From positions 13,640,001 to 13,704,000 of the forward strand of contig NC_043018.1 of the NCBI RefSeq assembly GCF_006345805.1: a stretch of 64,000 bases of DNA, in the 5' to 3' direction. Below, one piece after another: positions 50,331 to 64,000 of this stretch (position 1 is the first letter of the stretch; each line of letters begins with the position of its first letter). Made by a program: the position numbers and the translations under genes. The notes beneath the pieces were generated by a model. It saw nothing but the letters and a program-made list of their open reading frames with translations. It searched no databases and had not been told where the DNA came from. This stretch comes from Octopus sinensis (Eukaryota).

Positions 50331-52132
50331 CGTCCAGGCTGGTTGGTGAGCTTTGTATATTGTTAGTAAACTTACTGAACATCTTCAACCCTCGGTTGGT
50401 CTGGCTTTTGATTTCTTCTCTCTCAATTTTCACTTTACTGTTTCCTTCTTTTGGTCACACACGCACATACACACACAAACACACACACACACACACACAA
50501 ACACACACGCACACACACATATATCAAGAGCATGATTTATACGATGTGATTCAGTATTTACTAAGTTATGTAGTTCGACAGATGTGTGATTGATTTAGTG
50601 ATGAGAAAACGTCATTTCAAACCATATCAGAATTTATGTCCTCAGTTATGCCAATATTCGCCTTCGGAGATGTCAAAATTTGAGATTATAACACAAATGT
50701 TGTCTTTCATATGCCAACATACACTGATTCCTAAAAATCGTTGCGAAAATCCAAATTGTTGCTTAAATCCAGATCATTCCTAATCCATAAGACATAGTGT
50801 CAATGACATTTTATTTATAAACCACCTTATATTGTGCATCTAGCTTCACATATGAAATATCGTGCATACTCCTATGAAAGAATCAATCCCATGCAAAAGT
50901 CGTCTCAATATTTTTCTTGAAATAATGTGCAATTATTTCCTTATATCACGGTTAAATGTCGATTCTGTTTTCTCTGGCATATCAGAGCAACACATGTGTA
51001 TCAAAAAGTTAGATTACAGATTATTGAATAAGCAAAATAAGATAGTAACATATTTTTGCAGCACAGCTCACACTGGGTTTTAAACTGCATGATGGACAGG
51101 TTTTATGACTTAGATCATCGGTTGATATCTAAGATCTCACAACGGTTTCTTGCCGGTCAGAATGACATTACCGTTTCATCAGGTTTTAATCGGAAATAGG
51201 CAGAGGAAAGACTGCAGTTCTTCATTTATTGAGAACATAAAACAAAATATCTGTTGCTATCGACATGGCAGAAAATTAAAATCTATGGCCAAGCAAAAAA
51301 GAAAATAGATAGAAAAAGAACAGCGATGGAAGCCACTGGCCTCGAAACAAATAAGATTACTTAAGTACTTTCTTTGGTTCTGATTAACTTCTGTTAAAGC
51401 CGATCCTTGTTTTTAAGAGAAAAACTCTAGACCCCACAACTTATCGGTTTGGCAAAAGTGAAGTGTCAGGCTTCAAAATAAAAAAACAAAAGTACTGGTG
51501 TTGATTTATTCGACTGAATTTCTTCAAAGTGGCACCCTAGCATGGCCGCAGTCTAATGACTAAAACAATTAAAATGATAGAAGAATAAAAGAAATTACAA
51601 TAATAAATAATGTTGACCGGTCATAAATATATAAACAGGACTGTAAGTTGGCATGTGTCGACGTGCTGCTAATGATTAACGTATGTTGTGTCAGTTGCTT
51701 TGTTTTATTATTCCTTCGCCGCGATCCGCGATTCTGAGTTCAAATTCCGCCGATATCAACTGCCATTCATCATTTCCCAGTTGATAAAATAAGTACCAGT
51801 TGAGGACAGGAGTCGATGTAATTAGATATCTAATACATTTTTCACTGCTTTCAGTATGTGTTTCTTATTGTATCTGAGATTTGTTCAATGGATGTTCAAT
51901 AAGAATGATGATGTATACCTTAATTTGCCACATCTATATACGAAAACCAAGAAGACGTCTTGCGAAACGGAGTTTATTTCAACGAGGTACTTATTGAAAT
52001 CACCTGTGGAAACACAACTACACCAATGAATACGCCTAACCAGATGGTCAGACCCCACACGATGGGTCGAAGCATTTCTAGTGATCAATTGAGATCCTCG
52101 TATCTTCCATATTCCATCTCTCTCATTAATAA

Positions 52133-52169
<37 letters not shown>

Positions 52170-52402
52170 ATACACACACTCACACACACACACACATACA
52201 ACCACATGTGGGCGTGTGACTTCCGTCTGTGGTTGGCTCTAAATCCGGGTGTGAAGCGTCGCCATACTTTAGAGATTTAGCAAATGAGAACAGTAGAGAA
52301 CGGGCTTATAAAACGGCCTTGGGTCGATTTGCTTGCTGAAAGAAAGTGCACCGACAACGTTTACTAATCGATGCAGTCGAAATATATGTAGGTGTATTTG
52401 AA

Positions 52403-52471
<69 letters not shown>

Positions 52472-52919
52472 CGACACATATATATGTGTGTGTGTTTGTT
52501 TTTCTGTCGGTGTTAGTGTTGTAGGGGAAATAGTGATAAAATTACACCCCTCCTACGTGACGAGTTGGTATGTGTTAGTCGCTATAAATAAAGTGACATC
52601 AGTCAATGTCGACTGAGAGCATGTAGTAGTCGGATATAGAAAGTCGTGGTCTTTACTGGTCTAACTAACTATTCAGCTATACCAGAGTGGGCGTTATAAC
52701 AATCCACCATTAAGGAAACAGCAATGGCGACGCGGAATTAACAAACTCGCAAGGAGTTATGACATTCACAAGGAAGCACAAAACTCACGGAAAAAAATTG
52801 TAAAATTATGGAAAACTTGTTGGCGGGTTTGCTCGGATTGTAAAGAAAGCAACAAGAACAACTAAAAACACAGCAGCAGTGTGTGTGTATATGCACATAT
52901 ATATATATATGTATGTATG

Positions 52920-53034
<115 letters not shown>

Positions 53035-53069
53035 TTTATCTGAACTCCAATTAGAAAATTTAAAAATAG

Positions 53070-54983
53070 AGGGTGGTTAATATAGGGATGACCTTCTACT
53101 AATTACTAAAAATTGCACTAATAGGAACCTAATAAAAAACTTTATAGTTTCTTTAAAAGATATGATTTAAGTATTATTATATATAATGAGAATTTTAATG
53201 TTAATTATTTAGATGTCAATTTTAATCTAATTACAGGTAAAACACAACCATATCATAAACTTAATGAGAACCTCAGATATATAAATGTTAATAGTAATCA
53301 CCCACCATCAATTAAAAACTCGTTGATTAATAATATAAGTAAACGTATATCATTACTTTCTTATGATTTAGAGATTTTTAATAAACATGCTCCTTATTAC
53401 AATGAGGCCCATAGAGAGGCAGGTTATAATAGTAATATTAAATTTTTATTAAAAATAAAGATATAACTATTAATATTAGAGATAAAAATATTAATAATAA
53501 TTATAATAATTTTGTTAGTAATAGTGGTAATAATCTTAGAAATTATAAAAATAAAAATAATATAAATAAAAATAAGAATAAAAATGGAAATATAATTAAT
53601 AACTTTAATAATACTTTAAATATTAATTATAAATATAAATCTAATAATAATAATAATTATATGATAAAGAAATATAATAATAATAATGGTAACAATAATA
53701 ATGACAGTTTTAATAATAAGAACAAGGAAAATAAGAATAAAATTTGGTTAATAGTTCCTTATGGTGCTCAAGTTAAAACGAACATTATTAAAGAGATTTT
53801 AGATATTATTGAACTATTTATTCGAGATAATCGTAAATATAAAAACATTTTCTCTAGTAATAATTTTGGAGTAGGTTCTTCCACCACTAATAGTGTAGGT
53901 AACATTATTTCTTCTTTTAACAAATTTAAACTGAATAATTTTGATAAACATAAATTATATAATAATACCAATAATATAGATAAGACACTAATTAACTGTA
54001 CATGTAGAGATAAAACTAAATGTAAATTAAATAATAAATGCGATATTAACGATGTAGTGTATAAATGTATAGTTACATTACATGATGAGAATAATAAGAA
54101 TAATAATAACTCAAACGCGATATATATAGGGTCCACTTCCTCTAAAATAAAATTAAGAATTGCACAGCATATGCATTCATTTAAAAATAAAAACTTAATT
54201 AACTCCACTGGACTTAGCAAGTACATTTGGGGACTTAAATTCCAAAATATTAATTATAATTTATCTTGGGAAATAATTAGTAAGGCTAAATCATATAGTA
54301 TAGGAGCGAATTTTTGTTATTTATGTTCAAATGAGTTTAAGGAAATTTTATTTTATAAGCATGATAATTTAGTGAAAACCTGTGATGAGCGCAAAATAAA
54401 ATGCAGACACAAGTTGCTTTACTTATATAATAAATTTCTTGATAAATAATGAATATTTCTTAGCCTTAATTATCTCCCTATTTGTTGTTTTATGTAATAG
54501 TATTCTAAATATAGCAGGTGATTTGTAGTATTTATTATATTAGTTTCTTTTAGTTATTTAGGTTCAGTTTTTAATTATAGTTAGATTATATATAGTTGTT
54601 CATTTTATTACTAAATATTTTATTACTAAATATATTTTTAATGAATATTTAATGATTTATTGAATATAGAGTCTGATATTTCAATTAACCTGAAGATTGA
54701 CTGTAACCATAACTCGAATTATTACGAATAGTACAGCTAAGAAATGATCGTAGTGTTTTACTCTTTATTTTTTATTAAACTTTTAATACTTATGATATAT
54801 ATTTAAAATAATATAAATTAATTAATTTTATGTATTAGCTTATGTTTTTCATTGTTTGATTTGCCTAATAGTGGTTTTATCTCTAATTTAATATAATATA
54901 AAATAATATATTTATACTATAAAATTGGATTTAATCCTAAATCTGATTTTTCCCTGTAAGTTTGGATTTATTCCCTAATATTT

Positions 54984-54990
<7 letters not shown>
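53070..54990 (+). mobile_element. 5'-truncated Penelope-like (Neptune-type) element: RT end, Asn-rich linker, GIY-YIG ORF 53661-54449, pseudo-LTR
   Basis: GG*YRDD at 53081, YLDVNFNL..PY..NSNHPPSI thumb, CTCR..CKL..C, YIGST, CYLC, CRH. Disrupted by stops and frameshifts. Confidence 0.92.
54687..54755 (+). ncRNA. Degenerate type I hammerhead downstream of the Penelope ORF
   Basis: CUGAAGA-UUGACUGU...ACAGCUAA-GAAA-UGAUCG-UA-GUG. Homologous to the 47889 motif; stem I is weak. Confidence 0.65.
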
Positions 54991-55018
<28 letters not shown>

Positions 55019-55049
55019 TTTAAACATATGTAAATATACACATACATAA

Positions 55050-55113
<64 letters not shown>

Positions 55114-55258
55114 GTAGGTAGGTAGATAGATATCATAGGCTATTTAAATACCACTTGCTATAAACAGACCCATACCTCCAAAATACACACGAGCAATGCA
55201 ACGAATATAGCAGAAGCAGGCTTTCCTTTCGTGGAATACAGAAGTAAGAAATGTGTCT

Positions 55259-55322
55259 ATTTCAGGATCAATTGATTTCACCCTCTCTATGCAAAAACCT
55301 AGTTTGAGCTCATCAGTTGGAA
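55259..55322 (-). ncRNA. Degenerate type I hammerhead
   Basis: CUGAUGA-GCUC...GGGU-GAAA-UCAAUUGA-UC; perfect palindromic stem III, imperfect stem I. Confidence 0.6.
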
Positions 55323-55639
55323 ATAACTCGTTCAACATCTACTTCTGAAATATTCATCACCTTTCCTCGGTTTACTGATACTAACATCTGGAGAGAATTC
55401 ACTGTCCACCAGTGTTTGTTACGAGTCGAATATTATCAACAACATCCTTCCGTTCTTCACTAAATGCACTAAATGGGTCTCAGATAGTCAAATATTTTAC
55501 TTTTGTAGTTCACCAGAATTGCTAACTACATTTATCAATTTTCTACATCTATCTTTATCCATTCAACTTTGTGCGTGCATGGATGGCAATTCTCTATATG
55601 TTTCCTTTGCTAGAGATCTTCATCTTTTTGAAGTTGAAC

Positions 55640-56025
55640 GTAGCTTGCTTACGAATCACATGGTTCCGGGTTGAGTCCCATTGCGTGGCACCTTGGGCAA
55701 GTGTCTTCTACTATATTCTCGGGCCGACCAAAGCCTTGTGAGTGGATTTGGTAAATGGAAACTGAAAGAAGGCCGTCGTATACATGTATATATATATATC
55801 TATATATATGTATCTGTGAGTATATGTTTGTGTGTCTATGTTTGTCCCCCCCCCCAACATCGCTTGACAACCGATGCTGGTGTGTTTACGTCCCCGTAAC
55901 TTAGCAGTTTGGCAAAAGAGACCGATAGAATAAGTACTAGGCTTGCAAAGAATAAGTCCTGGGGCCAATTTGCTCGAATAAAGGCGGTGTTCCAGCATGG
56001 CCACAGTCACATGACTGAAACAAGT
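55640..56025 (+). mobile_element. SINE family B
   Basis: Reverse complement of the 19955-20392 consensus. Confidence 0.85.
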
Positions 56026-56439
56026 GTATCAGAACCTAAGAAATACTCAGGTAATACTATTTTGATTCAAGCCAGTGCTTTGAATCGCTATTTCGTTTCT
56101 CTCTTCCTTTTGTTTTGATGTGATTTAGATATCAAATCTCTACCATGTGAACTGGAAAAGGCATTTCGTTTATGTTTCCAAGAAATAAAGCATCGTAGTC
56201 ATTCTTCCTCTGATTTTTCATTAAATACTAGTAATACTGTAATTTGTTATGAATTTGAACAGCAGGCATTTTTAGTGGGATCTTAGATATCAGCCGAAGA
56301 ACTTAGACATAAAACCCGTCCATCATGCAGAACTTTTTGAAATCCACTCTAAGCTATGCTGAAAAGATGTTACAACTCAACTTTACTTATTCAAATTCCT
56401 GTAACATTTTTCCTGAGGAAAACTGTGAACTAATTTCTT

Positions 56440-56672
56440 ATTTTTTTATTGCCCACAAGGGGCTGAACATAGAGGGGACGAACAAGGACAGATAAAGGGA
56501 TTAAGTCGATTACATCGACTCCAGTGCGTAACTGGTACATAATTTTATCGATCCCGAAAGGATGAAAGGCAATGTCAACCTCGGCGGAACTTGAACTCAG
56601 AACGTAAAGGCAGACGAAATACTGCAAAGCATTTCGCCCGGCGTGCTAAAGTTTCTGTCAGCTCACCGCCTT
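56440..56672 (-). mobile_element. SINE family A with TSD CTGTGAACTAATTTC
   Basis: Full-length copy with flanking duplication. Confidence 0.9.
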
Positions 56673-56934
56673 CGCTGTGAACTAATTTCCTGACACACAG
56701 ATGTCGCTCTGTCGTTCAGTGATGAACATTGACGTAACAGAATATAAATTTAATATTGTTTGAAATGACTTATTCTTTATTATCACTCCACGCAAGTGTC
56801 CGAGCTACAAAGACTAGTAATATTGAATCTCATCTCATTAATCATGTCTTTCACAAACCCACCTACGCCCTCACACACAGATATATATATATATATATAA
56901 ATATTACCGAAATATATATGTATATGTATACATA

Positions 56935-58165
56935 CATAGCAAGTTGAGACTGAGATAAGAAGAAGAAAGTTGGAGCAAACAGACTATATATATAAATACC
57001 ATCATCTAATTTGAACTTTACCGTTAGAATATAACAAGTATGTAACATTCAAATTATTCATTGTGGCTGTTTGTAAATTAGTAATAACAATGTACAGAGT
57101 GTTATGGTAATGATGATGTCTTATAGAGGTAGAATGTGTGTTTGTAAGCTTCGTTTTTTTGTTGCCTGTATTCATGTGTACAACCGAAGAACCTGAAAAA
57201 GAGAAAGTATCCTTCAAGATTTTCGCCTCACAGTTCAGCGCTTGCACTTGGTGAATATGCATGGTTTTAATCTTTACTTTTGGGATAAACTGTAGCTTTT
57301 CTAGTTTTGTTTTTTTTTTTGGCTAATTCAAATCGGTTGTTAAGAAACAAATGAGAATATTAGTGTTGGCTACTACAGCTTTATATTTGTCATAAGTTCT
57401 CGAAAAATGTTCTCATTTACTCACTTTATCGAGAGGCAACAATTAAAAATGATTCTAAAACATTATATCGGCCAAAATTATAAATATTCGTTAATACTTA
57501 AAACTATTGTTGCAATTAGTCACATTACTAATTGTTGAAATGATCATTAAATGTCTTTGACGATATGTCAGCTGGAGTAGGAATAACTTGTTCCTAAACA
57601 ACAATTTGGAATATGCAGCGATTTTCTAGTATCAATATACATGTTCGCATAAGGCGGCGAACGAGTAGATACGTTAGCAACGCCGGGCGAAATGCTTTGC
57701 AGTATTTCGTATGCCATTACGTTTTGATTTCAAATTCTGCCGAGGTCGACTTTGCCTTTCATCCTATCGGGGTCGATAAAATTATGTACCAGTTACTCAC
57801 TGGAGTCGATGTAATCGACTTAATCCGTTTGTCTGTCCTTGTTTGTCCTCTCTATGTTTAGCACCTTTTGGGTAATAAAGAAATAGAGATTTCGTCTATA
57901 TTTACGATCCAAGTTCAAATTCCGATAAATTAAGTACCAGTTTCGTACTGGGGTCAATCTAATCGACTGGCCCTTCCTCCAAAATTTCGGACCTTGTGCC
58001 TAGAGTAGAAAAACAAAAGAATATATATTTTTGCATCTGAAAACCAACATATAGACATTGTCGTGTTTTCATCGAAAAGTTTGACGTCTCCACTGAAGAA
58101 CATGGACATTATGGAGGATATAGATTTGATACTGCTTAAAATCACCTTTTTTTTTTATCTAATTG
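56935..58165 (+). promoter_or_regulatory. Conserved upstream block of K6
   Basis: Diverged paralog of 34150-35340; includes TATATAAATA near 56988 and a conserved GTATGT motif. Confidence 0.5.
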
Positions 58166-58549
58166 CTATTTATTAATTATTAGTTCTCACTCAGTTCGAA
58201 CACCGCCGAGGTCGACTTTACTTTTCATCGGTTCGAGGTCGATAAATCAAGTACCAGTTGAGTACTGGGGTCGATATGATCGTCTGTCTCCCACCGCACA
58301 TAATCCAGGTATTCTTCCAGAAACCATAGTCTGTTAGTATCACGTAAGCCTGGAGTCGGGAACAATGACCTCCCTTGTAAACACTATACAGACACAAAAC
58401 TGTGTGTCGATGGCCAGCAGGAAAAGATGGGGCTTCAACAACAGCAACATCGTCCTCTATAGGACCGTCACGCTCTGTTGGCAAATAAACTTCGCTGTGA
58501 AGTACTGATATTATATATCTCGCGTTGAGAGATTTAAAACAATTTTACA

Positions 58550-58621
<72 letters not shown>

Positions 58622-58996
58622 GTATTTGACAAGCCTCAAATACTTATTTCGGACAGAAGTAAAACCAATATAGCTATAGAAGCAAGATACATTTGAAGTA
58701 AGAACATTTCATTCACAGTCAACCGTATGGAGAATATTTACGGACAAATGCTTCGAAGACATCATCTTCACCTCAGTTATATATTTACATTAGTACTTTT
58801 GGTGGAATTTAATTTGCATTAGTACTATTGGTGCAATTAAATTAGCTACTTATGGTTTCAACGATAATGTCGTGAAGCTCGGATTTTCAGTGAAATAAGT
58901 TTGGATAGCGAAAAAAATAAGTGTTACCTAAATTTCAGCTGCAGATTCCGTTTCTAATGACTCCCGTTGTTTTATTTCTCTATCAGTAGGTGCGTG

Positions 58997-59060
58997 ATGA
59001 AAAGCATCAGTGTCCTATTGTTTTGTGTATCCATTTCATACACCTTCTCCGATAAACAAA
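58997..59060 (+). CDS. Knottin gene K6, coding exon 1 (signal peptide MKSISVLLFCVSISYTFSDKQ)
   Basis: Identical to K4 exon 1; A|GTAAGT donor. Confidence 0.9.
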
Positions 59061-59711
59061 GTAAGTATAATAAGAAATATCTTTTATTTTATAGTCATCA
59101 GGTATGTAGTGGGAGAAAAGGGGGAGAGAAGAAAAATGAATAACCTTACCCCAGCGGTACTTCGTATGGACCCCATTTATATGTAATTACAACTTTCAAA
59201 GAAATTACTCTACACATAGGTCAAATATTCAGAATTACGATTCTTCAACATAATATAAAACATTTCATTAACAATATGACTGACGAATCTTTTATATACA
59301 AACCAAGAAGAATTCTAGTGGTGTGCTCTGATCTGTTACTTCTATACAAGATCAGAAGGTAAGCACGGCCGAAATGCCGCTAAGCATATAGTCTGTCGAG
59401 CTAAGAATTCCGTCAGTTCGCCACCGCCTTTTAAAATCATTAAAGAATAGAATCAGCAGGAGCTGTATATAATGTCTCGTGCTTTTTTTGTTTCTTTTCT
59501 TTTCTTCTCTTTCCTTTTAATTGCTCCATTGGTTTTTATCTCCTTTATGCATTAGAAATGTCCATCACTACAGTGATGGGCCATATTAACAGTCTGAGAG
59601 AGGAAATATGAGTTCCAGTCGTAATGCTCCTGCATCTTTTGTGTATTTCTTCACAAAACTTTGGTAAATTGATATCTAATTCTTCCGCGTGTATTTCAAT
59701 GTCTCTTTCAG

Positions 59712-59772
59712 ACGTCTCTCCCGTCCATCAACCGAAAGGAGCTAATGTAATTTTGAGTGAAATGGGTCGTAG
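59712..59772 (+). CDS. K6 coding exon 2 (propeptide NVSPVHQPKGANVILSEMGRS)
   Basis: CTCTTTCAG acceptor, TAG|GTAAGA donor; 61 nt, 8 substitutions versus K4 exon 2. Confidence 0.88.
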
Positions 59773-60276
59773 GTAAGAACTACATATCTACATCTCTTAT
59801 ATATGTAATTAATTTAGTATTGCCCAGGTGGTAAGCTGGCACAATCATTAGCACTCTGGATAAAACACTTTGTGGCACTAATTCCGGCTTTAGGTTTTGG
59901 GTTGAAATTTCGCCGATGTTGACTGCATCTTCCATTATTTCTGGGTCGCTGAAATAAATGCTAGCTGGGAGCAAGTGTCCGTGTAACAGAGTAGCAGCCT
60001 CCATCAACGTTTCAGGGCCTTGTGTCTATGATAGAAAAGTTATATGTGTATGTATGTATGTGTGTGTGTTTGTGTGTGCGTACGTGGGTGTGTACGGATG
60101 AATGGATGAACGAAAGAAATGAAACTCTTTTTCTAATAACTGATGCCTATTTTCTACACTACACTCGGGCCGACCCAAGCCTTTTAAGTGAACTTGGAAA
60201 ACGGAAACTGAAAATAAGTCCGTTATATACATACATACATACATACATATATACATACATACATACATATATATAT

Positions 60277-60307
<31 letters not shown>

Positions 60308-60635
60308 AAACGAAACGATCAACGAAACCCTTTTCAAGCTTAGCCAGCTCATGGACCCGGGTTCCCGGTTTCTCGGTTATGAGTTTCCTCTCCTCAGCTG
60401 GACAGGACGCTAGCCCATCCAAGCGAGAGAGAGAGAGAGAGAGTGAGAGAAAGAGTACAACAGGGGTCGCCACCACCCCCTGCCTGAAATTCGTGGAGCC
60501 TTTATGTGTTTCCGCTCAATAAACACACACAACGCCTGGTCTGGGAATCGAAACCGCGATCCTCCGACCGCGAGTCCGCTGCCCTAACTAGTAGGCCATT
60601 GCGCCTCCACGCACACACACATACACACACATCTG

Positions 60636-60667
<32 letters not shown>

Positions 60668-61149
60668 TGTATGTATGTATGTATGTATGTATGGACATGT
60701 GTGTGTGTTTGTCCTTCACTACAAATTCCACGTTGTTGTTAAAGATCTAATGCCGTATCATCGTGAACCGCCAGTTTTCTCCTTGTTTCTCAACAACCTA
60801 ATGAATGATATCTATTCTCCATACTCACAACACGAGTGTAATGTCAGTATAATATTACAGTCAGCATTATGCCGCTATCCATCACGTGAAACGTATTTTG
60901 TGAACTACAAACTCAGTTTGCATGCGTTATTAGAACTGTTAGTTATTTTCGCAATTTATCCAGTATTAGACAAACAAATATTATTTTCATAAACAATAGA
61001 TCCACTTATTTTGTTTAGTGTCTTATTCACGAATATACCAACACTAGGGCCCCTGACGGTAATATTTTCTGGGAACGCACAAAGACCTTTTCAGAGTTAT
61101 TTACTTTGAATTATTAATATCTCATATCTGATTAGCCTGTTTTTTGGTA

Positions 61150-61872
<723 letters not shown>

Positions 61873-62162
61873 AAAAACACAACCCCTCTCACTGTCTACA
61901 TCTACTTATGAAATTCTGGATATATATTTATATACTTAGTCGTTCAAAAATTCGAGAAAATACACTAGGTGATAGTTAAAAGAACAGAAAAATGACTTGG
62001 GGATTCTTGTTTCGGTTGTGCATGTTGTGAGTTGAAGTCCCGTCGGTAAATTAAACACCAGTATCATCTAATCCCATCTCTAAATATTCTTTGCTTTCTC
62101 CCTTGATGTGACACATTAATGTAATTATATTTTCTATTTCCTATGATATTCTGTATTTACAG

Positions 62163-62382
62163 CAACCCTCACGCGGGAAATGGAACGTGCAATCCAGTGT
62201 TCTGTCTCTTAAGCTCAACAACACCACACTTACCTTGCTGCTCAGGTTCGAATATTTGTACATGCAGACCTTATCGTTTCTGCAAATGTAATTCTCAGAA
62301 TATGATCCATGTGGCTAATAACGGTATACTCCAAACTGTGATAATTTTTCTGATTTTTTTTGTAAATTTACCATCTTATTAA
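62163..62382 (+). CDS. K6 coding exon 3: knottin NPHAGNGTCNPVFCLLSSTTPHLPCCSGSNICTCRPYRFCKC, GPI-like tail
   Basis: TGTATTTACAG acceptor, phase 2. Spacing C-4-C-10-CC-5-C-1-C-5-C-1-C; tail NSQNMIHVANNGILQTVIIFLIFFVNLPSY*. Spliced ORF is 114 aa. Confidence 0.92.
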
Positions 62383-62941
62383 CGTTCTGCTCTACTGAAT
62401 CTTGTGGATAAATGTCATACGTTCGATTGTTTTTATACAAGGGGAAAATCGGTGAGATCACGAAGTCAGACAAAACAAAGGATCCAAACACGCAGCAAAA
62501 TAGACTCGACTCCAAAAATATCAATAAGTGTTGTTGCTGTTAATGCTGCTGCTGCTACTTCGTCTCCTGCCCTACTCCTTCTCTTCCTCCTACTACTACC
62601 TTTTCAATTTTGAAATTAACTCAACTATAAAATCCTATAACAATATAACACTTTGAATAAACGTCAGAAAGATAGTGAAATATAAAATATTAACGAGCAG
62701 ATGTTTGATTTTGTAATTTATCCTGGAAAGAAATTCACGTATGTTGCGCCAAGAAATGAAATGGTTAAAATATGTAAACAATAACCAACAATCATGAGTT
62801 TTCTAACAACCCTAATTTTGGACGACAATCGCATCAAATATCTCATTTATGCTATTAATCCGTGAAATTTTAATGAAATTTCAATTAAATTCATTTATTA
62901 AACTATTACAAATATTCAGTGCTTTGTTCTTCGTTGTTCTT

Positions 62942-63227
62942 TTTGTTTATACGTCATTGAACGTAACAAACTCTTTGTGCTTCGTTCTTCGCTGTCCTAT
63001 TTGTTTATACGTCATTGAACGTAACAAACTCTTTGTGCTTCGTTCTTCGCTGTCCTATTTGTTTATACGTCATAGAACGTAACAAATTCTATGTGCTTCG
63101 TTCTTCGCTGTCCCATTTGTTTATACGTCATTGAACGTAGCAAATTCTATGTGCTTCGTTCTTCGCTGTCCCATTTGTTTATACGTCATTGAAAGTAACA
63201 AACTCTTTGTGCTTCGTTCTTCGCTGT
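62942..63227. repeat. 58-bp minisatellite, about 5 copies
   Basis: Unit starts at 62942, 63000, 63058, 63116 and 63174. Confidence 0.95.
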
Positions 63228-63584
63228 GGTGTTTTTTTTTAAAGTTTTGGATATGGAGGGTAAGATTTTACATTGGAGTGTCACACTATATTATTGTAAA
63301 AGCCAGAATATTCTGCAAGTTCTACATTATAACATTTAAGAAAGAAGAAACAGGAAAAAGAGAGATAAAAAAAGAAAAGCAAGGAATTATAATAGGAATT
63401 ATAAATAGATTAGTGTTCACTTCCGGATTCTATCACTCTGTGAAAGTTTCTAGTTCGAATCACACGTGTCTCGAGGTGCGCCGAAGATTTTTCTATTTTG
63501 GATATATTTGGGGTACTTAAGTCTGCTCGGGATTTGGTGCTTGCTTGTTCCATGTGTATGAATAAGTATTTCATTTATATCTCG

Positions 63585-63655
63585 CGTATGTGCCGCTGAA
63601 GAGGGGAAAATTTCTTGTGAATTAACCCCGAAATTGGACCAATACGGTAATAACG
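63585..63655 (+). ncRNA. Canonical type I hammerhead ribozyme
   Basis: GUGCCG-CUGAAGA-GGGG(19 nt)CCCC-GAAA-UUGGACCAA-UA-CGGUA; intact core and all three stems. Confidence 0.85.
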
Positions 63656-64000
63656 AATTGTTTAGAGATTTCTATCGGTTTGCTTCGAGACGCATAAATT
63701 TAATGGTTATCGACAATTTTTTGTTTCGGCGTAACTGGCATTAGAATTTTTCTTCTGCCCTTATCTTGTAAATTATGTATAAATTTTACCTTTAAATGCA
63801 TTTTTTGATATGTTGGCCAATTGATAATTTTTTTTCCCCAAAAATTTTTTATCGTATATCAATTATACTTAAATTCGTTTACGATAACATTAGGTATATG
63901 CAAATAGAGCTTCTATTTCACTATTCCGTGTAACGTGTAATGATACTGACCAGTGTGTCAGCATTCGGGGTCGCATCATGGTTATACAGATATAATGTAG

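Noticed and set aside
53661-54449. Host GIY-YIG nuclease gene
   Set aside because: Continuous with a disrupted Penelope RT and pseudo-LTR; a retroelement ORF.
61021-61060. Candidate 40-nt K6 middle exon
   Set aside because: Contains a stop in the required phase; 59712-59772 fits and has a K4 paralog.

Overview
AT-rich, microsatellite- and SINE-dense eukaryotic DNA. The SINE families and repeat landscape look like an Octopus genome (recognised from memory, not searched). Almost all ORF-track entries are repeat artefacts. By splicing short exons by eye I reconstructed a cluster of five intact three-coding-exon genes (K1, K2, K3, K4, K6) and one orphan signal exon (K5), alternating in orientation (- + - + - +). 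Each gene encodes signal peptide / propeptide / 8-cysteine knottin (C-C-CC-CxC-CxC, the omega-agatoxin-type framework). All share a 7-nt leader before the ATG and intron phases 1 and 2. Four genes end in a hydrophobic, GPI-signal-like tail, resembling natural tethered toxins. K1 has gained a stop codon just after the last cysteine, so it would be secreted while still carrying the decayed tail downstream. The region also holds many Penelope-like element remnants with at least seven hammerhead ribozyme motifs, two of them with a compensatory U3-A8 core. Other elements are R4/Dong-like and Tx1-like LINE relics, a Gypsy relic, two non-autonomous Helitrons, three SINE families, and mini- and microsatellites. 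Exon and ribozyme coordinates were counted by hand; TE boundaries are approximate.
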